NCBI GenBank assembly: GCA_009917695.1
Contig: JAACJG010000001.1
Span: forward strand, 143,219 to 207,218
From: Candidatus Rifleibacterium amylolyticum
Lineage (GTDB): Bacteria; Muiribacteriota; Ozemobacteria; Ozemobacterales; Ozemobacteraceae
DNA: 64,000 nt
Reading direction: 5' to 3'
The translations under genes and the position numbers were made by a program. Shown piece by piece: positions 28,031-36,076 of the stretch. The stretch's first letter is position 1. Each line of letters starts with the position of its first letter. The notes below the pieces were generated by a model. That model did not search any database and had not been told where the DNA came from. It was given only the letters and a program-made list of their open reading frames with translations.

Positions 28031-28073
28031 CAACACCCCGCAGCGGCACAGTCGCTGCGGGGTGTTGTTTATT
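28031..28073 (+). terminator. Rho-independent terminator ending the FecR-OMP-lipoprotein operon.
   Basis: CAACACCCCGCAGCG-GCACAGT-CGCTGCGGGGTGTTG is a perfect 15-bp stem, followed by TTTATTG. Confidence 0.55.
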
Positions 28074-28145
28074 GTCATCGCGAGGCATCCGCAGGATGCC
28101 GTGGCGATCTTATCGAAATAGATGTGCTGTGGAGATGTCTTTATC

Positions 28146-28319
28146 TCAATGCAGATTGTTAGAGTCGAGCCCGCCCGGAAAAGATGCTTCGGTAAGGATT
28201 TCCTGAATGATCTGCAACGCGCCGGGAGTGACCTTTTTGCTGGTGGTTGATTCAAAGCGACTGACGAAGGTATCGAGATTGGTGAGAATGAAATAGGCTT
28301 CGTTCTGGTTCAGTTTCAT
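28146..28319 (-). CDS. Small hypothetical protein of 57 aa.
   Basis: An in-frame ATG at 28319 has a canonical AGGAGG 7 nt upstream and gives MKLNQNEAYFILTNLDTFVSRFESTTSKKVTPGALQIIQEILTEASFPGGLDSNNLH. The longer track ORF starts at a TTG upstream. I recognise no domain. Confidence 0.3.
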   Translation of the reverse strand: MKLNQNEAYFILTNLDTFVSRFESTTSKKVTPGALQIIQEILTEASFPGGLDSNNLH

Positions 28320-28611
28320 GCCCGGGCCTCCTGTAAAATGTACATTTTTTTCGCTATCTTTAATACTTATCGACAATCCGCTCCCCAAAGTTTAGCTTTT
28401 TTGTAATCTTCTGTTATTCGTCATCCTGCGCGTCAGTCGCAGGATCCAGTAATGGTGGTATAAACATGGATTCTGCGACTTCGCGCTGAACGACTGAGAT
28501 AAGGCAAAGTCTTCTCTCTGATATCGGTTTGAAATCTCATATTATGTTTCTGCCTCGGACTTTCTTCGTGATTTTGTGGCTTAGTGCGAGTTTTCTTTGC
28601 GGCTGTCAAAA

Positions 28612-28661
28612 AGATTGTCTGTTGCGGGAGCGGGGAATTATGTATAGAATAGCGACAATCT
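28612..28661 (+). promoter_or_regulatory. Candidate sigma-70 promoter flanked by an inverted repeat, upstream of the HAMP sensor gene.
   Basis: The -35 element TTGCGG (28622..27) is followed by a 17-nt spacer and the -10 element TAGAAT (28645..50). It is flanked by AGATTGTCTGTTG at 28612 and GACAATCTGTTG at 28654, which form inverted GATTGTC/GACAATC arms with a shared TCTGTTG motif. This could be an operator. The reading is sequence-only. Confidence 0.25.
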
Positions 28662-28681
28662 GTTGTTTTTGATGAGGAATT

Positions 28682-29884
28682 ATGGCTTCACAAGATGAAA
28701 AATCAGGCAAGATCGCCTGGTATAGAAGAATTGGTAACCGAATCGTTCTCACGGCTATTGTTGCGGCAGTCCTGCCGCTATTTCTCCTGGGTGGCACTGT
28801 GGCGGTAAAAGTTCGTCTCGATCTCGTTCAACAGACGCTGACTTCTCAGAAAAATACCATGATGTCACTTCTGCATGGCTTTGGTTCGTTGTTTCAAAAC
28901 TATCGCAGACAGATTGAGTCTATGGTTGCCCTGCCCGACATTCAGTCAATGCGCCATGAGCGCCAGATTAAGATTGTTCATGACTTTCTCGATCAGCAGA
29001 AAATCTATTTTGGCTGCAATATTTACGATCGCGAAGGCAGAAAAATCCTGAGCGCAGTTCGCAATGACCAGGATTTTGGCAAAACTCCCGCTACTGGAAC
29101 CATCGATTTTGCCGGCGATCCTGCCTATGGGCAAAGCTTCAGAAATGTCGTCAAAACCCGCCAGGCCGCCATGTTCGCCAACGACGCTACTGAACTGAGT
29201 GAAAAAAAACTGTTTCTCATGGTTCCGATCAGCGACTTCGTAAATCCTGAAGAGGTTGTTGGTGTCATCAGCTGTTCGATAAGTATTTCTTCTCCGGATA
29301 TTCATGAGATAGTCTGTGGATTTCCGATCGCTGAAAGCGACATTCTGATTCTTCTCGACCGCCATGGCAATATCCTTTCTTCACAAGGTCATCTGCCCGA
29401 GGGTTTGCGTGCTATAAATGTCGAAAAGGTTTCCCGTAAAAAGATTGAGAATATTCTGCTCGACCTCGTCGGGACGACCTATCTTGGCACAATTGCTGCT
29501 CTGCCCGGTTCAGAAGGTCTTTTGCTGGTCGCGCGGCCCAGACATCTCGTTCTGGCGTTTCTCAATCAGTTGCTTCTCGATCTCGCGCTGATGCTGGTTG
29601 TGGCATTTGTAATTGCTGTGGCTGCCGGCTTTTTCATGTCGCGTTCCCTGGCCGAAGGTATAAGTATTCTGGTCGATGCCATACGAAATGTCGCCAGCGG
29701 CGCAGTAAGCCATCGCGTCGATCTCAGAGGCGAAGACGAGCTGGCTGAAGCGGCACAGGCTTTTAACGATATGCTCAATACTCTTGAAAAACATCGCATG
29801 ATGGATGATATCTGGCATCAAGAATGGGAATCGGCGCAAAAGAAGGCAGAGGGCGATTCCAGTCCGGAGGCCAGCTCAAGGTGA
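28682..29884 (+). CDS. Membrane sensor with a periplasmic Cache-like domain and a cytoplasmic HAMP domain but no output domain.
   Basis: TM1 reads IVLTAIVAAVLPLFLLGGTVAV. It is followed by an extracytoplasmic domain of about 250 aa. TM2 reads LNQLLLDLALMLVVAFVIAVAAGFF. The HAMP domain reads SRSLAEGISILVDAIRNVASGAVSHRVDLRGEDELAEAAQAFNDMLNTL. The ORF ends 40 aa later. Confidence 0.6.
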   Translation: MASQDEKSGKIAWYRRIGNRIVLTAIVAAVLPLFLLGGTVAVKVRLDLVQQTLTSQKNTMMSLLHGFGSLFQNYRRQIESMVALPDIQSMRHERQIKIVHDFLDQQKIYFGCNIYDREGRKILSAVRNDQDFGKTPATGTIDFAGDPAYGQSFRNVVKTRQAAMFANDATELSEKKLFLMVPISDFVNPEEVVGVISCSISISSPDIHEIVCGFPIAESDILILLDRHGNILSSQGHLPEGLRAINVEKVSRKKIENILLDLVGTTYLGTIAALPGSEGLLLVARPRHLVLAFLNQLLLDLALMLVVAFVIAVAAGFFMSRSLAEGISILVDAIRNVASGAVSHRVDLRGEDELAEAAQAFNDMLNTLEKHRMMDDIWHQEWESAQKKAEGDSSPEASSR

Positions 29885-32658
29885 CCGAGAATGTTGTCAT
29901 AGCACCCGTCCAAAACGGCATTGCCCGCCGCGAAAACCTGCCGCATCTGGTGGCCGGCTTTTTCATGCTGCTCAAGGCGAGTAACAACCTGCTTTATCTT
30001 TCTGTTCTCACCACTTTTCTCGACAATATCGGTGCTGGCTCACTACCCTGGGTTTATCTGTCAGTTAATGTGGTTTTTATCGTTTTTCAGTTTCAATTCA
30101 TGTCGAGAATTGTCGGTTATGAAGGGCACTGGTTACTCTCTCTGGTTAACTGGCCTGCCGCCGCCCTGTCTTTTGCGGCCGCCCTGATGTTTCCGGCCAA
30201 TACTATGCCGGTGTTGCTGGCATTTCTGGTGATGGCAATGCTGATCGATCTTGTGTCGACTCAGGCTTTTACGGCTATGCTGAACCATTTCTTTTCAGTT
30301 GCCGAGTCGCGCCGGTTTACTCCGGTGATATATGCTTCTGGCAGCTTTGGCTTCATTATCAGCGGTCTGCTGCTCAAATTTGTGCTTGATTTTGTCGGGA
30401 TAAGGGGTCTGCTTGTCGGAAATGGCGCAATTATCCTGGTGTCGGCAATAATTCTGCGACTTCTCAAGCCAATAGAAGAGGCGCGACTGGCCGAGTCAGA
30501 CGAAGCAGATCAGCCAGTCTCGACGGCAGGCGGGGAACAATCAACAGGTGAATCTTCCTGGCAGCACCCGTTGGCAAGGCTTCTCAATATCTCTTCCTTT
30601 CTTATCCTTTTCAACAAATATCTCGTGGATTTCTTGTTCGCAGCTGCTGTTGCGGCCTATTTTACCAGGGGAAACGACCTGGCTGCTTTTATGGGAGTGT
30701 TTGGCGCTTCTGCCGATTTTGCCGTTATCGGCCTGCAGACCTTTGTCATGCACCGGGTTTTCGCTGCCTTTTCCATCGGTAAAATTCTCGCAGCCATGCC
30801 CCTGGTGCTGACTGTGCTCTGCTTTTCAGCTTCCTTCAGTCTCAAGTTCGCCGTCATTGCTACGGTGCAATTTCTGGTGCTGCTGAACAGCAAAAACTTT
30901 ACGGTGCCGGCCACCACCATTCTCATGGGCGTAATCCCTCAGAAACAGCGGGTATATTATCGTCGCGACATGTCTATCGTCTGCTCGATTTCTTCAACTC
31001 TGGTTGGCATTTTTCTTCTGCTGGTGCGAAATTCCGTCGGGGCCGAGGTGCTTTTTCTGATCGCCGCCGTTGTCTATCTCGCCCTGTCGGCAGTTCATTA
31101 TCTTATCGATCAGGCTTATTTGACCACCCTGCGTCGGGCGATAGATAACCGTCAGCTGGATTTTGGCGAAGATCAGGTCGCTTCGTTGCGCTTTTTGCAA
31201 TATGGTGAGCGCCTGCAGCAGTTGCAGCAGCTGCTCATCGATGAAAACCCCAGAATCAGAGGGCGTGCGGTTGAAGAGGTCTCGTTGCTGCCAGCAAATA
31301 CTGCAACTCAATTACTGCTGCCTATGCTCGAAAACGAGAACGATTCGCGTTGTCTGACTGCGGTTGCTCGTAACCTGCTTCAGATCTCACCACAGGCCGC
31401 GGCAATGCACATTCGACGAGTTCTTGCCGAAACCGATGATCAGCGCTTGCGGGCAGATATTATCGAAACTATCGGCAAGGTTCGAGCGCCAGACGTTGGC
31501 GAAGATTTTGTTACGCCATTTCTCGATTCGCCGCATCATCGGGTGAGAGCCAGCGCTATTATCAGCACCATCAGACTGACCCGTCAGTCCGACATGCTGT
31601 CGCGTGCCATGCATAAGCTGGCGGCTATGGCACATGATGCCGAAGAGCTTATGCGTGCTTCGGCCGCAGCTGTGATGGGAGAACTCGGGCTGCCTCTTTT
31701 CGTCCCGGCTCTTGTCGCCCTTGCCGGTGCCGGCGAAACAGTCGTTGCCGGCAACGCTGCTTCAGCACTGGCGCGAATTCATACCCCCGATGCCGTGGTT
31801 GCACTCGAAAATATGCTTTTTCATGAAAACCAGGAGGTGACAGAACGGGTTGAGGGTTTGCTGGCTGCTTCTACGCGGGAGAGTATCAGTCGAATCAGCC
31901 GCCTGTTGCCCGGAATAACGGCAGAAGAACGTCGCCGGCTGACGACCCGTTTGCGCTCAGGCCGTCACCAGGACAGCCAGGAAGTTCTGGCCAACATTCT
32001 CTGTATTGATAATCTTGAGCAGCGGCGCAATCTTATTGCTCTGCTCGAAAAGTCAGACCGCGAAATGGTCAGGCTGATGCAGGCCTGTATAAAAATGGGA
32101 GAAGACGACAGGATACAGCTGACAGTTGAACCATTACTGCTGCTGGCCAGAGAATATGCTGGCAGCAATATGCCGGACTGGGCTGCTCTGCTCGGTATTC
32201 TGGCCGGCGGTACGCTTGAAAAGCCTGAAGATAACGAAGAATTGTTTGAAGCTGCCTGCAGTCTTATTAAAATGTTGTGGTACGAGCGCATTGTCATTGC
32301 AAAGGCCGGCGTCATTGCAGCAGCCAGGGAAAAATGGCAGAACCGCGCTTTGTCGCTGATCAGAATGATTGCCTGCTTTTCATCCGAGCCGGCACCGTTG
32401 AGCAGAAGCATCAACGAGCTCAAGAGCGGAAAAGCCTACGCCAGAGGAATGGCGGCAGAGTACATTGATGCCCGCGCAGGTCACAAGCTGGCGCAGATGA
32501 TTATTCCACTGGTCGATTCCGGGGCTGCTGTGCCTGATGATTTTGCGGCTCTGGTAAGGTTTGCTGCCGGGCTTGGCGTCGAAGCCTCTGAAAATGATCT
32601 GACCGCTGCCCGCGACCGGTTGTTACGATTTGCTGTCATCGAGGAAAACGACAAATGA
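29824..32658 (+). CDS. Polytopic (about 12-TM) permease-like N-terminal domain fused to C-terminal PBS-lyase-type HEAT repeats. The membrane part may be related to TLC/NTT-type or MFS-type transporters.
   Basis: Roughly 12 hydrophobic helices in residues 40-440 are followed by repeated HEAT-like units (NPRIRGRAVEEVSLL..., HHRVRASAIISTIRL..., AEELMRASAAAVMGELGL...). The track start at ATG 29824 overlaps the upstream gene by 61 nt. An in-frame GTG at 29881 overlaps its TGA stop (GTGA), and either start is possible. The stop of this gene overlaps the next start (ATGA). Confidence 0.55.
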   Translation: MGIGAKEGRGRFQSGGQLKVTENVVIAPVQNGIARRENLPHLVAGFFMLLKASNNLLYLSVLTTFLDNIGAGSLPWVYLSVNVVFIVFQFQFMSRIVGYEGHWLLSLVNWPAAALSFAAALMFPANTMPVLLAFLVMAMLIDLVSTQAFTAMLNHFFSVAESRRFTPVIYASGSFGFIISGLLLKFVLDFVGIRGLLVGNGAIILVSAIILRLLKPIEEARLAESDEADQPVSTAGGEQSTGESSWQHPLARLLNISSFLILFNKYLVDFLFAAAVAAYFTRGNDLAAFMGVFGASADFAVIGLQTFVMHRVFAAFSIGKILAAMPLVLTVLCFSASFSLKFAVIATVQFLVLLNSKNFTVPATTILMGVIPQKQRVYYRRDMSIVCSISSTLVGIFLLLVRNSVGAEVLFLIAAVVYLALSAVHYLIDQAYLTTLRRAIDNRQLDFGEDQVASLRFLQYGERLQQLQQLLIDENPRIRGRAVEEVSLLPANTATQLLLPMLENENDSRCLTAVARNLLQISPQAAAMHIRRVLAETDDQRLRADIIETIGKVRAPDVGEDFVTPFLDSPHHRVRASAIISTIRLTRQSDMLSRAMHKLAAMAHDAEELMRASAAAVMGELGLPLFVPALVALAGAGETVVAGNAASALARIHTPDAVVALENMLFHENQEVTERVEGLLAASTRESISRISRLLPGITAEERRRLTTRLRSGRHQDSQEVLANILCIDNLEQRRNLIALLEKSDREMVRLMQACIKMGEDDRIQLTVEPLLLLAREYAGSNMPDWAALLGILAGGTLEKPEDNEELFEAACSLIKMLWYERIVIAKAGVIAAAREKWQNRALSLIRMIACFSSEPAPLSRSINELKSGKAYARGMAAEYIDARAGHKLAQMIIPLVDSGAAVPDDFAALVRFAAGLGVEASENDLTAARDRLLRFAVIEENDK

Positions 32659-33545
32659 AGATAACAATTTTTATAGTAACGCTGCTTGTCATTTTGATGC
32701 CGATTGGCTGGTTTGCAGCCTCAGATTCTGAAATGCTGCATCTTACTCCGATAATTGACGAGGTTTCGCCTCTATATATGGGCGTAATTCCTTTCATTCA
32801 GGCCGACAAACTTCGCGAACAGACGCAGCCGGTCGGTGACTATCTGGCATATCGTATCGGACGACCGGTCAGGCTTATCACTGTGCCTGATTACGAAAGT
32901 CTGGCCCGCCTGCTCGAACTTGGCAAAATTCATATTGCCTGGTTTTCGCATGCTTCGCTTGAAAAGCTGCGGAGAAACCGCGACTGGCAGGTTGTCTGCC
33001 GTCCGGTTCAGTATAACAGCGTGCTTTATAACGGGCAGATAATAGTACGTGATGACAGCCCATATCAGAGCGTGCATGATTTGCGCGGTCGCCGATTTGC
33101 CTATGTCGATAGATTTTCCGGGTCAGGATTTTACTTTCCCAATCTGCTTTTTGCCGCTGAAGGAATAAGGCCACTGGAATTTTTCAGCAATGTCGAATTC
33201 TCGCAAAGCCATCGCTCAAGTCTGCTGGGAGTGATGGAGGGAAGGTATGACGCGGCGGCTGTGTTCTCTTCTGACCTGGTATCTGAAGGCAGCAAAGGCC
33301 TGCGTGTCATCGCCCGCACCGGTCCTATTCCTAACGATCCGCTTGTTGTGCGTTCTGACATGGGTTCTGAACTTAAATCTCAGATAGAGAAAGCCATGTT
33401 GACAATGCACGAAGACGAAAAGGGTATTGCCTGTCTTAAAAGTCTCAAAGTCTTGCGCGGCACCACAAAATACGTTGCTGAAAGCGAAGTGCAGGCTCTT
33501 CTCAAAAAATCCACCTCGCCAGATCAACCAGCCGCCGACAGATAA
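32655..33545 (+). CDS. PhnD/SsuA-like periplasmic substrate-binding protein of the phosphonate ABC-type family. It is used here apparently without cognate permease or ATPase genes.
   Basis: A signal/TM anchor is present (KITIFIVTLLVILMPIGWFAA). A PhnD-like core is present (LYMGVIPFIQADKLREQTQPVGDYLAYRIGRPVRLITVPDYESLARLLELGKIHIAWF...YNGQIIVRDDSPYQSVHDLRGRRFAYVDRFSGSGF). Confidence 0.6.
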   Translation: MKITIFIVTLLVILMPIGWFAASDSEMLHLTPIIDEVSPLYMGVIPFIQADKLREQTQPVGDYLAYRIGRPVRLITVPDYESLARLLELGKIHIAWFSHASLEKLRRNRDWQVVCRPVQYNSVLYNGQIIVRDDSPYQSVHDLRGRRFAYVDRFSGSGFYFPNLLFAAEGIRPLEFFSNVEFSQSHRSSLLGVMEGRYDAAAVFSSDLVSEGSKGLRVIARTGPIPNDPLVVRSDMGSELKSQIEKAMLTMHEDEKGIACLKSLKVLRGTTKYVAESEVQALLKKSTSPDQPAADR

Positions 33546-33573
33546 CATGATTTATTGAGGCTGATACTGAAAT

Positions 33574-34713
33574 GTGGTAGAATGCAGCACTATGAAAAAC
33601 ACTGAAATTCCTTTTTTTCTTGGATACGTCGAACAGGCAATTGGTGGAGCCCAGGATCCTCTGAATCCGCCGATTTCGATCAGCAGAAACGGCACTCTTG
33701 CCAAATGGCGCGGCAAACTCAATTTCATCGATCTCAGGGTCAACGACCCGGCACTCAAAAAAAATGCTGCAGCCTTTGAACAGACTCTTCAGAAGGCCGC
33801 CTCTCTCGAAATCAAGGTTGTCATCACATTGCCAGAGTTCTCGCCGGTCTACTTCGATCTCCCGCCTGAGCCAGAAATCCCGGATCCAAAGCGTCCGGCG
33901 CCGCCGCCGCCTCGTGGAACCATCAAAGATAAACGTCTGACTCACTTCAAGCCGGCTTATCTTGCTTTGCCGTCTGCAATTCAGGGACACCCCTCATACT
34001 ACGCTCTGTCGGTCGAAGAGTGTCTGCCAATAATTGAACTGGCCGCAAAATATGAGGTTAAAGACGTTATTGTTCCTGTTTCAGAACCAGGTGTTTTTCT
34101 TGATCCACAGGCCGAAATCAGATTCAAGAAGGCTTTAAAGGAACTTCACGCAGCTGCTTCCGCTTCATCGATAACACTGCATCTGCGCAATGGCGGTATT
34201 TCACTTTCTGTTTACCGCAAGCTGGCGCGTGAATTTGGCTGTAAATTTGCTTATGATGTTGGAATAGCGCATCTCGAAGGCGATAATATTCTCGACACTT
34301 ATCATAAATTAGATGGCAACATTTCTATTATTTCTTTGCAGCAGGTGTTGCCGGGGCTGGATAAATACAGTGGTCGGCGCGAAGCAATGGATCGGGCGCT
34401 TAAAGAGTATGTCGCCGCCCGCAACGAATACCGTCAGAGCCTGAAAGAAAACGACGAAGGCTATAGCGAAAAGTGCCTCAAGCAGTTTAATTTTGCGCTC
34501 AAGGATTATCAGGAAGCCCGCCGCAATAGCTGCTTCAATCTCGGCTTGTATCAGAGCGGCGATCTCAACCTGGTGCCGTTGCTCAAGGAAATTCGTCGCA
34601 GTATCGAGGCTGGCAGCGAAAAACATGTGCTTCTGGCCATGGTTCCCAATACCCGTAATAATGATTTTGTTGTGCAGAAGGTTGCGCCTGAAAATTTTTC
34701 GGGCGCGTTTTGA
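33574..34713 (+). CDS. Hypothetical protein. It may have a TIM-barrel (xylose-isomerase-like) fold, but this is very tentative.
   Basis: The track ORF starts at GTG 33574, and an ATG at 33592 (MKNTEIP...) is more likely. Alternating beta-alpha-like segments are present (KVVITLPEF, VKDVIVPVSEPGVFL, SITLHLRNGG, FAYDVGIAHLEGDN). A Pro-rich insert is present (PEPEIPDPKRPAPPPPRG). Confidence 0.4.
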   Translation: MVECSTMKNTEIPFFLGYVEQAIGGAQDPLNPPISISRNGTLAKWRGKLNFIDLRVNDPALKKNAAAFEQTLQKAASLEIKVVITLPEFSPVYFDLPPEPEIPDPKRPAPPPPRGTIKDKRLTHFKPAYLALPSAIQGHPSYYALSVEECLPIIELAAKYEVKDVIVPVSEPGVFLDPQAEIRFKKALKELHAAASASSITLHLRNGGISLSVYRKLAREFGCKFAYDVGIAHLEGDNILDTYHKLDGNISIISLQQVLPGLDKYSGRREAMDRALKEYVAARNEYRQSLKENDEGYSEKCLKQFNFALKDYQEARRNSCFNLGLYQSGDLNLVPLLKEIRRSIEAGSEKHVLLAMVPNTRNNDFVVQKVAPENFSGAF

Positions 34714-34725
34714 TGCGGTGTTAGC

Positions 34726-35868
34726 ATGAAAAAATCAATACTCTGTCTGGCTTTTTGCGTGTCGTTGCTGATGCCGGTGCATGGCCGGAACGATGACGCT
34801 CAGAGCGGTGGAGTGACAGCGCCTTATACTCTGAATAACTGTTTGACCCGGGCCGAAGAGTTGTTTCGTGCCAATAAATATTCAGAGGCTTTGATTTTTT
34901 ATTATGAAGGCATGGGTATGACCGCTAATGAAGAGATCAAGGCCCGCTTGCACTTTCGTATCGGTGAATGCCTTGAGGCACTCAGGCGATTTGATTTTGC
35001 AACTTACCATTATAAACTTGCCATACAGGGAAAACTACCGGAACTGCTGGTAAGTCGAGCGATCATGAAGCTCGAACACCTGCCCGAGCTGGCACAGACT
35101 GAAGAGGCCACCCGTCTGTTCAATCGCGCCATGGATCTATACCGTCGTCGCAATATCCGCGATGCCATCGACAGCTATCTTGCCAGCCTCCGACTGATGC
35201 CGACTCTCATGGCACAGGACGAATCAGGCCTTATCGAAGATGCTGTAAAATACCTGACTTTTTTGTCTGAGAGCAAAGAGCGAGAGCCCGATCGTCTGCT
35301 TAAGCTTGCTACTTTTCTTGAATTGCGTGGTGATGTCGAAAAGGCAATCGAAACATTGCAGCAGATTTCGATCATCTATCCTGAATCAGATCAGGCGCGC
35401 CAGGCCGACGAAAAGCTCGAACAGTTTACACAGAGACGTACCGCTTATGTCGAACCGGTAAAACCGGCTGATGCCCTGAGCGAAGTCTATGGCGAAGAGC
35501 CGGTGCTGATATTCAACGAAATGTTTGAGTTCAGAAATGCCGGTACAATTTCGCGTCAGCTGGAAAACGCCGCGTTTACCTTGCGCGCAATCAATGAACG
35601 CGCGGGCATTCCAGCTGACAGATTCGAAGTGTTTTCGGTAACCCTCGGAATGGGCAGCGATCAGCGTGACTTCGTATTCTCAGCTGAAGAGGGCATTGAT
35701 CAGAGAGAGCTTAGTTTCGCCTCTGGCGGCATTAAATATACGGTTACGTTTACCTCGATAAACCAGACTAGCGGGTATATTCAGGATCTTTATGGTGACG
35801 GTCGTCGCGCGGTCACGCTTTTTTCGAATGTCGGGGTACAGCTCAAAATTGAGCGGCAGCAGGACTGA
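34726..35868 (+). CDS. Secreted helical-repeat (TPR-like) protein.
   Basis: The signal peptide reads MKKSILCLAFCVSLLMPVHG. The rest has a TPR-like helical repeat character (ALIFYYEGMGMT...RLHFRIGECLEAL...ATYHYKLAIQG). Confidence 0.4.
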   Translation: MKKSILCLAFCVSLLMPVHGRNDDAQSGGVTAPYTLNNCLTRAEELFRANKYSEALIFYYEGMGMTANEEIKARLHFRIGECLEALRRFDFATYHYKLAIQGKLPELLVSRAIMKLEHLPELAQTEEATRLFNRAMDLYRRRNIRDAIDSYLASLRLMPTLMAQDESGLIEDAVKYLTFLSESKEREPDRLLKLATFLELRGDVEKAIETLQQISIIYPESDQARQADEKLEQFTQRRTAYVEPVKPADALSEVYGEEPVLIFNEMFEFRNAGTISRQLENAAFTLRAINERAGIPADRFEVFSVTLGMGSDQRDFVFSAEEGIDQRELSFASGGIKYTVTFTSINQTSGYIQDLYGDGRRAVTLFSNVGVQLKIERQQD

Positions 35869-36076
35869 CGGAGGAAAGCTATAATGTTTTTTCAGATTTT
35901 TGGCTATGCTTTCGGGTTGTTTATGGCTGTACATTATTATGTCTTTCTCGTGTTTCTGCCTGCTTTGATAGACAGTTTTCTCGACGATAAATAATTTGGG
36001 CAAATTTTGCGGTTTTCTGTTATCATATCTGGAACGCCTTGGCGGACATTCCTGTTAGAGACCTTGGAGCGTGGAT

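Noticed and set aside
28389-28440. A short inverted repeat ATCCTGCG-N7-CGCAGGAT lies at 28422..28446. A similar GCATCC-GCAG-GATGC lies at 28086, which could be paired repeats of a mobile element.
   Set aside because: The arms are only 8 bp and only two copies were seen. They have no target-site duplication or transposase nearby and are more likely small hairpins in intergenic DNA.
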